From an uncultured Bacteroidales bacterium (GTDB lineage: Bacteria; Bacteroidota; Bacteroidia; Bacteroidales; UBA11471), in the NCBI GenBank assembly GCA_947625885.1, contig CANQQA010000003.1:64726-128725 (forward strand): a stretch of 64,000 nucleotides of DNA, given 5' to 3'. Position 1 is the first letter of the stretch, and every line of letters begins with the position of its first letter. Made by a program: the position numbers and the translations under genes. Positions 52,305 to 62,273 of this stretch are shown piece by piece. A model generated the notes under the pieces. That model worked only from the letters and a program-made list of their open reading frames with translations. It was not told the origin of the DNA and made no database searches.

Positions 52305-53231
52305 ATGAAAAACGGGGACCATTCGTGGAAAGGGCATGTAGCGCTGCTTGCCGCCAACATTATTTGGGGTCTGAATGCGCCGATAGGCAAAGAGGCGCTG
52401 CTCTCGCTTTCGGCAAACGCCGTTACCGCATACCGTATGCTCGGGGCGTGCGCCGCCTTTTGGATATTGTCTCTTTTTCTCCCGCACGAACATGTGTCCC
52501 GTCGCGACAAGATACGGTTCATTTTCGCGGCGCTTTTGGGCATCACGTTCAATCAGGGCATGTTCATTTACGGACTTTCGCTCACATCGCCCATTGATGC
52601 TTCTATCATCACCTCCACGCCGCCTATCATCACCATGATATTGGCAGCCTTGTTCCTGCGCGAACCGATTACATGGAAAAAAGTCATCGGCATCGCACTC
52701 GGCATATCGGGCGCGCTGATACTTATCGCGGGCAATGCCGCCCACGCCTCCGGCGGTAATGGCAGCAGTACGCTGGGCAACCTGCTCTGTTTCTTGGCGC
52801 AGGTAAGTTTCTGCATCTATCTCACGCTGTTCAAAGGACTTATATCGCGCTACTCGCCCGTAACCGTAAGCAAATGGCTTTTTCTTTTCGCCTCGATTTT
52901 CTTTCTGCCCGTTTCGGCGCACGACATCGTGGCGGTCGATTACCTCGCCATGCCTTTTTCGCTTTGGTGGCGCGTACTCTACATCGTGTTCGGAGCCACG
53001 TTCCTGTCGTATCTCTTTATGACGACGGGGCAGCACCTGCTGCGCCCCACCATCATCAGTATGTACAACTATGCCCAGCCCGTTGTGGCGACCGTCGTTT
53101 CGGTGGCGATGGGGTTGAGCGTTTTCGGCGTGAAAAGCGGTATGGCGGTGCTGCTTATCTTTGCCGGCGTCTATTTCGTTACGCAGAGCAAGTCGCGCGC
53201 CCAGCTCGACAGCGAGCGAAGTGCCGCGTGA
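52305..53231 (+). CDS. EamA/DMT family transporter
   Basis: About 10 hydrophobic helices in an EamA-like repeat pattern. The ATG at 52305 is preferred over the track start at 52107. Confidence 0.75.
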   Translation: MKNGDHSWKGHVALLAANIIWGLNAPIGKEALLSLSANAVTAYRMLGACAAFWILSLFLPHEHVSRRDKIRFIFAALLGITFNQGMFIYGLSLTSPIDASIITSTPPIITMILAALFLREPITWKKVIGIALGISGALILIAGNAAHASGGNGSSTLGNLLCFLAQVSFCIYLTLFKGLISRYSPVTVSKWLFLFASIFFLPVSAHDIVAVDYLAMPFSLWWRVLYIVFGATFLSYLFMTTGQHLLRPTIISMYNYAQPVVATVVSVAMGLSVFGVKSGMAVLLIFAGVYFVTQSKSRAQLDSERSAA

Positions 53232-53335
53232 TTTTTCCGCCCGCCGGCACGCTTCCCGAATAAAAAAGTTTCCGCAGCGTTTGTATATGCCGTGCGACTT
53301 GCGTATCTTTACCGTCGGAAATAAACTCTACGACT

Positions 53336-53656
53336 ATGTTCCCGAAAAAAGACGATTTGTTTGAATACGACGAAGATGCGTCGGTAGCCTTTATCCGCAG
53401 AAAAAATCCGTCGCTCGCCCTTACCGACGACGAGATAAATTATATCATCGACTTGGTGTACGACTATTACGAGTCGCGCGGATTGCTCGACGAAAACACC
53501 GAACAAGAGGTGGACATCGTCGACGACGAACTCACGGAGTATGTGGCTGCCCAAGCCCGCAAGGAGGCGATATACACGCTCGCCGACGATGATATTGCCA
53601 CCGTCGTGCAGGGCGAATTGGATTATTGCGAATCGCTCGGAATTTTTGAAAACTGA
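53336..53656 (+). CDS. Hypothetical acidic protein
   Basis: 106-aa ORF, strongly acidic. Confidence 0.5.
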   Translation: MFPKKDDLFEYDEDASVAFIRRKNPSLALTDDEINYIIDLVYDYYESRGLLDENTEQEVDIVDDELTEYVAAQARKEAIYTLADDDIATVVQGELDYCESLGIFEN

Positions 53657-53662
53657 CAACCG

Positions 53663-54271
53663 ATGCGCCGCCCGTTCTTTTATCCGGTTCTTACCCTTTT
53701 GCTCTGCCTCCTGCCCATGACGGCACAGGGGCAGAAAACGAATGTGCCTTTCGCCGCTCCGCCGGCGTCGGCTGTGAGTAAATATATAGCGCAGCTTACG
53801 CTTACCCCCAAGACCAAACCCGCCGTGCGGGCGCGTATGCAGCAGGAAATCGAGCGGCTGACGTCGCTCTGCACGGGCGAAGTCGTTGCCGTGCGCGACA
53901 GCGTGATAGCCTGCGTTATCGTGCCGTCCGCCCGTCTTTTTGCCGGTGGCGGCACGGCGGTAAGCGATGCCGGCAAAATTTTGCTGGAAAAACTTCTGCC
54001 TCCGGCTCCGACCGCCTGCCGCATCGTCGTGGCGGTGCATACCGACGACACGGGTACGCCCGACTACTTGCAGCAGCTTTCCGACCGGCGCGCCGAGTCG
54101 GTTGCCGCCTTTTTCGCTGCCGCCGGTACCGAAGTCGCCGCATTGGGTCGGGGAGCCGGCGAGCCGCTTGCACGGAACGACACCTACCGCGGGCGCGAAA
54201 CCAACCGCCGCACCGAAATCTATTTCATTCCCGCCGATGCGAAGGCGCGCCGTGCGGCACGCCGTAGGTAA
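53663..54271 (+). CDS. OmpA-family protein
   Basis: Signal peptide plus C-terminal OmpA-like motifs (HTDDTGTPDYLQQLSDRRAESV...NRRTEIYF). Confidence 0.75.
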   Translation: MRRPFFYPVLTLLLCLLPMTAQGQKTNVPFAAPPASAVSKYIAQLTLTPKTKPAVRARMQQEIERLTSLCTGEVVAVRDSVIACVIVPSARLFAGGGTAVSDAGKILLEKLLPPAPTACRIVVAVHTDDTGTPDYLQQLSDRRAESVAAFFAAAGTEVAALGRGAGEPLARNDTYRGRETNRRTEIYFIPADAKARRAARRR

Positions 54272-54362
54272 TGCCGCGAAAAATAATTCCCGTTCGGAAA
54301 AAATCTTGACACATCTTTTTGTACCTTTGCACTCCGAATGAAGATGAAAATATAAAAACGAT

Positions 54363-55844
54363 ATGGCAACAGAATTGAAAGACCTGACCAAACGCAGCGA
54401 AAACTATTCGCAGTGGTATAACGACTTGGTGGTGAAAGCCGATTTGGCGGAGCAGTCTGCCGTGCGCGGCTGCATGGTGATAAAGCCTTACGGATACGCA
54501 ATATGGGAAAAAATGCAGCGGCAGCTCGACGATATGTTCAAGGAAACGGGACACGTCAATGCCTATTTCCCGCTGCTCATTCCGAAATCGTTTCTGAGCC
54601 GCGAAGCCGAACACGTGGAAGGTTTTGCCAAAGAGTGCGCCGTGGTAACCCACTATCGCCTGAAAACCGCCTCCGACGGCTCCGGCGTCGTGGTCGATCC
54701 CGCCGCCCGCCTCGAAGAAGAGTTGATTATCCGCCCCACATCGGAAACCATTATATGGAGTACATATAAGAATTGGATACAGTCGTACCGCGACCTCCCC
54801 ATACTCTGCAACCAGTGGGCAAACGTCATGCGCTGGGAAATGCGCACCCGACTTTTCCTGCGCACCGCCGAATTTCTTTGGCAGGAGGGGCACACCGCCC
54901 ATGCCACCCGCGAAGAGGCGGAAGCCGAAGCCGTGAAGATGCTCAATGTCTATGCCGACTTTGCCGAAAACTACATGGCGATGCCGGTAATCAAAGGCGT
55001 GAAGTCGGCGAACGAACGTTTTGCCGGCGCCGTCGAGACTTACACCATCGAAGCCCTGATGCAGGACGGCAAGGCGTTGCAGTCGGGCACGTCGCACTTC
55101 TTGGGACAGAATTTCGCCAAGGCTTTCGATGTGCAGTTCGTCAATAAAGACAACCAGCCCGAATACGTGTGGGCGACCTCGTGGGGCGTATCGACCCGCC
55201 TGATGGGCGCGCTCATCATGTCGCACTCCGACGACAACGGTCTTGTGCTGCCGCCGAAGTTGGCGCCGATACAGGTCGTCATCGTGCCTATCTATAAAAA
55301 TGCCGAGCAGCTGGCGAAAATCGACGAAAAAGTCGCCGGCATCGTTGCCCGCCTCAAAGAGCTGGGCATATCGGTGAAATACGATAATGCCGAAAACAAA
55401 CGTCCGGGATTCAAATTCGCCGATTACGAACTGAAAGGCGTTCCCGTGCGCTTAGTTATGGGCGGACGCGATCTCGAAAACAACACCATCGAGGTGATGC
55501 GCCGCGATACGCTCGAAAAAGAGACCCGCACCTGCGACAACATCGAACAGTATGTCAAGGAGCTGCTCGCCGACATACAGAAAAACATCTACCGGAAAGC
55601 CTTCGATTTCCGCGCCGCCAACATTTTCAAAGTCGATACCTACGACGAGTTCAAGGAGCAAATCGAAAAAGGCGGATTCATCTTGGCGCACTGGGACGGC
55701 ACGCCCGAAACCGAAGAGCGCATCAAGGACGAAACCAAAGCCACCATACGCTGCATACCGTTGGAGGGCGACACCACGCCGGGTAAATGTATGGTAACCG
55801 GCAAGCCGTCGGCTCGCCGCGTACTCTTCGCCCGCGCGTATTGA
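54363..55844 (+). CDS. proS: Proline--tRNA ligase
   Basis: 493 aa. The N-terminus [20 protein letters not shown]...[16 protein letters not shown] is typical of archaeal/eukaryote-like ProRS, with class II motifs. Confidence 0.95.
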   Translation: MATELKDLTKRSENYSQWYNDLVVKADLAEQSAVRGCMVIKPYGYAIWEKMQRQLDDMFKETGHVNAYFPLLIPKSFLSREAEHVEGFAKECAVVTHYRLKTASDGSGVVVDPAARLEEELIIRPTSETIIWSTYKNWIQSYRDLPILCNQWANVMRWEMRTRLFLRTAEFLWQEGHTAHATREEAEAEAVKMLNVYADFAENYMAMPVIKGVKSANERFAGAVETYTIEALMQDGKALQSGTSHFLGQNFAKAFDVQFVNKDNQPEYVWATSWGVSTRLMGALIMSHSDDNGLVLPPKLAPIQVVIVPIYKNAEQLAKIDEKVAGIVARLKELGISVKYDNAENKRPGFKFADYELKGVPVRLVMGGRDLENNTIEVMRRDTLEKETRTCDNIEQYVKELLADIQKNIYRKAFDFRAANIFKVDTYDEFKEQIEKGGFILAHWDGTPETEERIKDETKATIRCIPLEGDTTPGKCMVTGKPSARRVLFARAY

Positions 55845-55868
55845 TAGACATGCTCTGCCGAAAAACGA

Positions 55869-55900
55869 ACAGCCCCGAAAGAAACCTTTCGGGGCTGTTT
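55869..55900 (+). terminator. Terminator after proS
   Basis: acagccccgaaag pairs with ctttcggggctgt around a 4-nt loop, followed by tt. Confidence 0.65.
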
Positions 55901-55920
55901 GCATGATGCAAGGCTATCAA

Positions 55921-55953
55921 AAAAAAGCCACCCGACCGTCGGTCGGGTGGCTT
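55921..55953 (-). terminator. Terminator of the minus-strand T9SS-cargo gene
   Basis: The aagccacccgacc/ggtcgggtggctt hairpin is followed on the minus strand by T6. Confidence 0.65.
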
Positions 55954-55993
55954 CGAGAAAAATATCGATTAAGGAAATATCCCCTTGATCTTT

Positions 55994-57307
55994 TTATTTG
56001 ACGATGATTTTGCCGTTATCCACCTGTTTGCCGTTTTCGGTGAGGGTGAATATGTAAGTACCGGCATGGAGTCGGCGTGCGCTTACGGCAATGCGGGTGG
56101 CATCGGGAGCGACGGTACGCTGTTCCACCGTGCGACCGGTAGCGTCGCTTATCGAGAGGGTGCGCACGGCATTATTGGCAGACGGTTCGAACTCGATGGT
56201 GATTTCATCGGAAGGACGGGCAATGGTGGGGAACATCTTCATGCCGACAGGCATGGCGACTTTCTGCAACGAGCTGCTGCTCCCTTTGTCGATGCGGTAG
56301 TAACAGTCCCAGTCATCTACCAAGTAAAATTTACCCTTGAATAAATGGAGAAAAGCATAGGTATAATCATCCCAACTGTAATTGTCACCAATATCATTGA
56401 GTTTTATAGATCCCAATGTCGTACCGTTTTCGGAAACGATTTCCCATGAATCGCTTACTGCCCGATAGTTTGTATATCTATGATCTATTTCTCCGTCGCC
56501 GTCCTCGTCGGTTTCACTCGGTTCTCCGGCTTTGACGACATATTTTACCACAAGAAATTCATAATCGGCATCGTCGTTGAAAAGCGTTTGCGATAGGAAT
56601 GTCATACTTTCATAACTCTCTACTGGAAGATCCGTATCATCAAGTATCGGTTTTACATCGACGACTTCTTTTTCATCTGTTGTATATACATTAGCTTTCT
56701 CTTTCTTCCACTCGCCGGTATAACTGGCTTTATAATTGACACTTACCCCATACAGTTTTCCTCCTTCCAAACAGTAATAGAATGTCGGATAATTTTTATC
56801 GGGGATTTCGCCGGGTTGGAAGTAGCTGATGATAAAATAGGTGCGACCGCCGTTGGTATAAGTGGAATCTATATCATAATAAGAATAAGCATCGGACTCG
56901 AAATAACTGTTGCAATCGTCGATGGTCAGTTGATACTCTTCGGGCAAAGATATACCTTTATCATAAGCAAGATACACCAATACGCGATATGAATAGTCAT
57001 AAGCAGAAGTATCGGTTGGGGTAATCACCGGTGTGCGGTATTCTACCAAACTATACTCTTCCAGCTTGCCGCCGGTGGGAGCCGGAATTTCGTGAACGAC
57101 TTTGAAATCATCGTCCAAAATGGAGTATGACACCACGTGGTCGTGTTCGTCGTCATCATAAATTTTGGCATAAAATTTTGCTCCGTCGTAAGAATAGATT
57201 TTCGGCATGAGTTCAAAGTTCCCGGATATTACCGGAGTGATACTCTGCGCCGAAGCGACAGCCATGCCGCCTATAAGCAGGGCGACTGAAAATAAAAACT
57301 TTTTCAT
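55994..57307 (-). CDS. Secreted protein with T9SS C-terminal sorting domain
   Basis: Signal peptide MKKFLFSVALLIGGMAVASAQ. The C-terminal ~80 aa (FPTIARPSDEITIEF...LHAGTYIFTLTENGKQVDNGKIIVK) fit the Por secretion tail pattern. Confidence 0.7.
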   Translation of the reverse strand: MKKFLFSVALLIGGMAVASAQSITPVISGNFELMPKIYSYDGAKFYAKIYDDDEHDHVVSYSILDDDFKVVHEIPAPTGGKLEEYSLVEYRTPVITPTDTSAYDYSYRVLVYLAYDKGISLPEEYQLTIDDCNSYFESDAYSYYDIDSTYTNGGRTYFIISYFQPGEIPDKNYPTFYYCLEGGKLYGVSVNYKASYTGEWKKEKANVYTTDEKEVVDVKPILDDTDLPVESYESMTFLSQTLFNDDADYEFLVVKYVVKAGEPSETDEDGDGEIDHRYTNYRAVSDSWEIVSENGTTLGSIKLNDIGDNYSWDDYTYAFLHLFKGKFYLVDDWDCYYRIDKGSSSSLQKVAMPVGMKMFPTIARPSDEITIEFEPSANNAVRTLSISDATGRTVEQRTVAPDATRIAVSARRLHAGTYIFTLTENGKQVDNGKIIVK

Positions 57308-57481
57308 GTTGTTTCTTATTAAATTGGTATATAAAAGTTGTATATCCGAAATTTTTGAGCTACATTTGCACTCGCAAAGTTTCAAGTTAATTTTTAATTA
57401 TCCAAATTTTTTTGGAGAAAATTTGAGGAAAAAAGAAAAAATCCGATTTTTTAGTCCGGCTTGCGAATAAAATAAGAAAAT

Positions 57482-57512
57482 GCGCCCGAAAGTTTTCACG
57501 ACTTTCGGGCGC
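57482..57512 (-). terminator. Hairpin terminator downstream of the pectinesterase gene
   Basis: 12-bp stem gcgcccgaaagt/actttcgggcgc, flanked by T-runs on both strands. Confidence 0.6.
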
Positions 57513-57538
57513 TTTGTTTTTCCGAATAGAGCGGTGCA

Positions 57539-59113
57539 TCACTGTTCGGGATTCCACTCCAAAATCTGTGCGGGCGAACGGTAAAGGTCGAGAAGGGCGG
57601 CATCGTCGGGCAGCGTGAGTTGTCTCGACAGGTTGTGCCGGCGGCTCACATCGACGGGGCGACCCTCTTTGTCGGTGCTGTTGTATTCCAAGAAACGCAG
57701 GTGGTGCGTCTCTCCGTGTATATCCACCCAACCCTCCGGCGATATGTTTTCGAGCGTGCAATCTATCAACACGGCTTCGGCGTAGGGATAGCCGTTTACG
57801 CCCTTGTTCACCGGCGAGCGGGCTATCGCCGCATTTCCATGCGTGCCCACGAAGCGGCAGTTATTGAAAATGTTTCCGTGATTGGCTTCGGTGTTGCGTA
57901 TTCACATGAAGGGTCCCGGACTTATCAGCAGGCAGTTTTTGAAAAACGACGGTCCGCGACCGAGTATCATGTCGCCGCCGCCGTCGATGATGCAGTCTTC
58001 GAGATATACGGAGCCGTTGATTTGCAGGGCGTCGCCCGAGCCGATGACTTTGACGTTGCGCAGGTAGTTGCGTGCCCCCATGATTAAAAGCCCCTCCGCC
58101 TGTCCGTGCAGGTCGGTTTTGATAGTCAGGTCTTCAAAGCGGAGGTCGTAGCAGTTGTCGGCTGCAAACGCGGCGCGGCGCGACGGAAACGTACCCGGCC
58201 ATTCGTTGGTTTTTACATTGATGGGGTGGGGGTTGAAAGTTTCGTTGTTGGCATAGTGTACCACCGTCTTTTCCCGACTTTCGCCGCGCAGCAGCACGTG
58301 CTGTTTGTTGCGGAAGTAGACGAGTTCTTCGTAATCGCCGTTTTTGATAAACACTTCCCAATTTTCTTGGCTGAAATCGGGAATGAAATCCATCGCCCCC
58401 TGCACCGTGCAGAAGTCGCCGCTGCCGTCGCCGCTTACGACGAGCCGGCGTTGGTCGGCGGCAGGAGCGTTTTTACGGGTGGAGAAGCGCCACGCCTTTT
58501 CGCCGTAGATGCCGGCAAATATCTCGCCCTCGATGCCGAAAGCCTCGCGGTCGATAGTAACGTAATACTCCTTGCCGTATTCGAGCAGATTGTGGTGCGG
58601 GTACAGCGTAACGCGATTGTCGTGCGCTATGGCGGGATAGAAGTGGAACCCGTCGGTGAAGTGTCCGATAATGGTGAGCTGATACGGACCGGTGGTGTCG
58701 CGCACCGCCGTGCCCGACGGTGTGCCGGGCACCGTGTTGGCGTTGGTGCGGTCGGTCGATTCATACACATACGGCACAGCCGTGTAGGTGGCTTTCTGTT
58801 TCCGTATCGTGTCGGGTTGCGTGGGACCGGCGGGTATGCTCAGGTCGAGCGAATCGACGAGCTGTCCGCTGCCGGCTTCGTAGATGCGTATCATGCCTTT
58901 GTCGTTCACGGTTACAGGGGCATTGAATACTAATGTGAGGTGCGTGTCGGGGGCGACCCCTTTGGCACGGTTGGCGGGGAACAGCCGGCAATGGGCGGTT
59001 GTCGCCTCCGCCGGTGTGCTTGCTCCCGACGTGGCGTCGGTCGCCGCATTTTGTCCGGTGAGGCTGCCTGTCGCACCCGACAGCAGCAAAAGGGAGAATA
59101 AGAGTTTCTTCAT
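57539..59113 (-). pseudogene. Pectinesterase (CE8-like) interrupted by an in-frame TGA
   Basis: Track ORFs 57902..59137 and 57539..57850 are in the same frame. They are joined by ...SPGPFM-TGA-IRNTEANHGNIFNNCRFVGTHG..., with the TGA at 57902-57904. CE8-like motifs GSGDALQ and GGGDMILG are present, with a signal peptide MKKLLFSLLLLSG. Confidence 0.6.
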
Positions 59114-59210
59114 GGTAATCTTACAGTTAGACCACAAATCTATAAAATATCTTTTGAATGAAAAAGAAAAATTGCGGAAAAAGAATTATCTTTAACCCCG
59201 TGTAAACGAC

Positions 59211-60503
59211 ATGAAAAATCCTTCGCTGAAATCGGGCTTTCGAGCACTGGCGCCGCTGGCGGTATTCTTGGGCGTATATCTGGTGGCGTCCGTGTGGATT
59301 AATGATTTCTACGCCGTACCCATTACGGTGGCGTTCATCATCGCCTCGGCGGTGGCTGTCGCCCTGACATCGGGCATACCGCTTGCCGAGCGCATAGCCC
59401 GTTTCTCCGAAGGCGCTGCCGACAAGAATATTCTTATAATGATATGGATATTCGTGCTGGCGGGAGCTTTTGCGCAGTCGGCAAAAGCGATGGGCGCTAT
59501 CGACGCCACCGTGCAGCTCACGCTCCTGCTGCTGCCCGAACACTTTCTGCTCGTGGGAATTTTCATCGCCGCCTGTTTCGTTTCGCTTTCGGTAGGTACG
59601 TCGGTGGGCACGATTGTCGCGCTCGTGCCTGTCGTGGCGGGACTGGCTGAAAAAACGGGCATCGACCCCGCTTTCATGACCGCCGTAGTCGTGGGCGGCG
59701 CATTCTTCGGCGACAACCTGTCGTTCATTTCCGACACCACCATTGCGGCGACCCGCACGCAGGAGTGCGAGATGCGCGACAAATTCCGCGTGAATATTCT
59801 TATCGTTTTGCCGGCAGCCCTGCTTCTGTTGGTCTATTATACCGTAACGGGTTACTCTCTCGAACTGAATGCCGTCGATACTGCGCCGGTGGAGTGGGTG
59901 CGCGTGCTGCCCTATCTCGTGGTGCTGTTTACGGCGTTGGCGGGCATGAATGTTATGGCGGTCTTGGCGCTGGGCATACTCTCGGCGGCGGTGGTCGGAT
60001 TATTTTCTGGCGGGTACGGCATTTTCGACTGCCTGAAAGCGATGGGCGAGGGCATTACCGGTATGGGAGAGCTGATTATCGTTACCCTGCTGGCGGGCGG
60101 TATGCTCGAATTGATACGCTACAACGGCGGTATGGACTTCATCATTTCCCGTCTGACGGCGCACGTGTCGTCGAAACGCTGGGCGGAGGCAAGTATCGCC
60201 GCACTGGTGTCGCTGGCGAATCTCTGTACCGCCAACAACACGATAGCCATTATCACCACCGGTTCCATAGCCCGCGACATCAGCCGCCGCTTCGGCATCG
60301 ACCCGCGCAAGACGGCGAGCATACTCGATACGTTTTCGTGCGTCGTGCAGGGGTTGATACCTTACGGGGCGCAGCTGCTTATCGCTTCGGCATTGACGCA
60401 GCTTTCACCGCTCGCGATTATCCGTTACCTTTATTATCCGCTTTTGGTGGCGGTGTGTGCATCGGCGGCGATTTTCTTCCGTTACCCCCGCCGCTATTCC
60501 TGA
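59211..60503 (+). CDS. nhaC: NhaC-family Na+/H+ antiporter-like membrane protein
   Basis: 430-aa polytopic membrane protein. The family call rests on overall resemblance from memory. Confidence 0.65.
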   Translation: MKNPSLKSGFRALAPLAVFLGVYLVASVWINDFYAVPITVAFIIASAVAVALTSGIPLAERIARFSEGAADKNILIMIWIFVLAGAFAQSAKAMGAIDATVQLTLLLLPEHFLLVGIFIAACFVSLSVGTSVGTIVALVPVVAGLAEKTGIDPAFMTAVVVGGAFFGDNLSFISDTTIAATRTQECEMRDKFRVNILIVLPAALLLLVYYTVTGYSLELNAVDTAPVEWVRVLPYLVVLFTALAGMNVMAVLALGILSAAVVGLFSGGYGIFDCLKAMGEGITGMGELIIVTLLAGGMLELIRYNGGMDFIISRLTAHVSSKRWAEASIAALVSLANLCTANNTIAIITTGSIARDISRRFGIDPRKTASILDTFSCVVQGLIPYGAQLLIASALTQLSPLAIIRYLYYPLLVAVCASAAIFFRYPRRYS

Positions 60504-60640
60504 TTTTCGGAAACTCCTTGCAGAGGCTTGTTCCGACCCTTTCGTCAATAAAAACGAACCTATATTTAATAGAAATTCCTATAAATTTATTCCGGATATT
60601 TTTGTAACTTTGCACATTCATTTAATTTGATGTGTCCGGC

Positions 60641-61129
60641 ATGAACGACGATTCGCGTGTGCGCCCTCCATTCTTTCCGCTCTTTATAGCCACCGGCTTC
60701 GGCGCGGGCTATTCGCCCGTAGCGCCCGGTACGGCAGGCGCGCTGGCGGCGGTGCTGCTGTGGGCAGTCGCCGCTCTGTTCGTGCCGTTTGCCGTGTTGC
60801 AGGCGACGTTGGCTGCTGTCGTAGTGCTGTTTACGGCGTTGGGCGTATGGTCGGGCACGGTGATGGAACGCTATTGGGGCGAAGACCCGTCGAAGGTCGT
60901 CGTAGATGAAATGGTGGGCGTGTGGATTCCCCTGCTCGCCGTACCCGAAAATTACGGGCTTTTCTATGCCCTTGCGGCATTTGTGCTTTTCCGCTTTTTC
61001 GACATCGTGAAGCCGCTCGGCGTGCGCCGCATGGAACGCTTCAAGGGCGGGTGGGGCATTATGGCGGACGATATTCTGGCGGGTGTGTACAGTGCAATAT
61101 TGCTGGTCGCCGCCCGTTTGATATGGTGA
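60641..61129 (+). CDS. pgpA: Phosphatidylglycerophosphatase A family protein
   Basis: GFGAGYSPVAPGTAGA, DEMVG, FRFFDIVKP and GGWGIMADD motifs. The ATG at 60641 is preferred over the GTG at 60632. Confidence 0.8.
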   Translation: MNDDSRVRPPFFPLFIATGFGAGYSPVAPGTAGALAAVLLWAVAALFVPFAVLQATLAAVVVLFTALGVWSGTVMERYWGEDPSKVVVDEMVGVWIPLLAVPENYGLFYALAAFVLFRFFDIVKPLGVRRMERFKGGWGIMADDILAGVYSAILLVAARLIW

Positions 61130-61133
61130 TGAG

Positions 61134-61610
61134 ATGACGAAACGTACAGGCATACAGTTGTTGAAAGCGCTTTTCTCCGCGCAGTTGTCAGGGTTGGTCG
61201 ATTTTCTGACCTCCTTTCTGTTGGCAAATGTTTGTCATCTCTATTACGTGGCATCGACATTTCTCGGGGCGCTAACCGGTGGCGTGTTCAACTGCTGCCT
61301 CAATTACCGGTGGGTATTCCGCGCCGCCGGCTGTTCCAAAGCCCTCGTGGCGATAAAGTACGCCATGGTGTGGGCGGGCAGTATTTTTTTCAACACCTAC
61401 GGAACGTATCTGCTCACCGAAGTTATGATGCGCACGGCGTGGGCAGCCTCGTTAAGCGCATACGGTGCGACCAACCTTTTTCTCTTGCCGAAAATCATTG
61501 TCGCCCTCTTGGTGTCCCTGTTCTGGAATTTCCTGCTGCAACGCAATTTCGTCTATCGGAACACGGCGTTCGACACGTTCATTCTCTTACATTGTCATCA
61601 TTCAAAATAG
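61134..61610 (+). CDS. GtrA-like membrane protein
   Basis: 158 aa with four hydrophobic helices and a C-terminal NFLLQRNFVY, typical of GtrA-like proteins. Confidence 0.65.
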   Translation: MTKRTGIQLLKALFSAQLSGLVDFLTSFLLANVCHLYYVASTFLGALTGGVFNCCLNYRWVFRAAGCSKALVAIKYAMVWAGSIFFNTYGTYLLTEVMMRTAWAASLSAYGATNLFLLPKIIVALLVSLFWNFLLQRNFVYRNTAFDTFILLHCHHSK

Positions 61611-61616
61611 ACCGAT

Positions 61617-62273
61617 ATGAAATACAGAGATTTTCTGCAAAAACTCATTTATAAAGTCATCGACCCCGTTGTCAAGGGTATGATAAAAGTCGGCATCACG
61701 CCCAACTTCATCACGACGACAGGTCTGCTGCTGAACATCGTGGCGGCTGCGATTTTCATTTATGCCGGATATACCGGTGCCGATGCCCTCCGGTATGTAG
61801 GCATCGGCGGCGGAGTGGTGCTGTTTGCCGGGCTGTTCGACATGCTCGACGGTCGGGTGGCGCGTGTGGGCAACATGGTATCGCGCTTCGGCGCTTTTTA
61901 TGATTCGGTGCTCGACCGGTACAGCGAGCTGTTCACCCTCTTCGGCATCATCTTTTTCCTGATGCTCAAAGGATATGTGCTGTGGGCGATTGTCGCTTTC
62001 GTGGCGTTGATAGGCTCTATCATGGTAAGCTACGTGCGGGCGCGAGCCGAAGGGTTAGGACTCGATTGCAAAGTGGGCTTGATGCAGCGCCCCGAGCGTG
62101 TCGTACTCACCGCGCTCGGTGCCATTTTCTGCGGCGTGTTTGCTCATATCGAGGCGTTCGACCCTGTGCTTATCTTAGCGGTGCCGCTGGCGCTTATCTC
62201 TCTGCTGGCTAACGCGACGGCTTTCGTGCGCATTGCCCATTGCCACAGATTGTTAAATGATAAAAAACAGTGA
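61617..62273 (+). CDS. CDP-alcohol phosphatidyltransferase
   Basis: DMLDGRVAR...[11 protein letters not shown] matches the D-G-x2-A-R...D-x3-D family motif. Confidence 0.85.
   Translation: MKYRDFLQKLIYKVIDPVVKGMIKVGITPNFITTTGLLLNIVAAAIFIYAGYTGADALRYVGIGGGVVLFAGLFDMLDGRVARVGNMVSRFGAFYDSVLDRYSELFTLFGIIFFLMLKGYVLWAIVAFVALIGSIMVSYVRARAEGLGLDCKVGLMQRPERVVLTALGAIFCGVFAHIEAFDPVLILAVPLALISLLANATAFVRIAHCHRLLNDKKQ

Noticed and set aside
53309-55226. 360-aa and 333-aa minus-strand ORFs
   Set aside because: They are antisense to the OmpA-like gene and proS, and are Arg/Gly-rich shadow frames in high-GC DNA.
57902-57904. In-frame TGA in the pectinesterase as genetic-code recoding (TGA read as Trp or Gly, or selenocysteine)
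   Set aside because: TGA terminates clpB and other host genes in this window, and I saw no SECIS-like context. A nonsense mutation or sequencing error is simpler.
58106-58933. 275-aa plus-strand ORF
   Set aside because: It is antisense to the pectinesterase gene.
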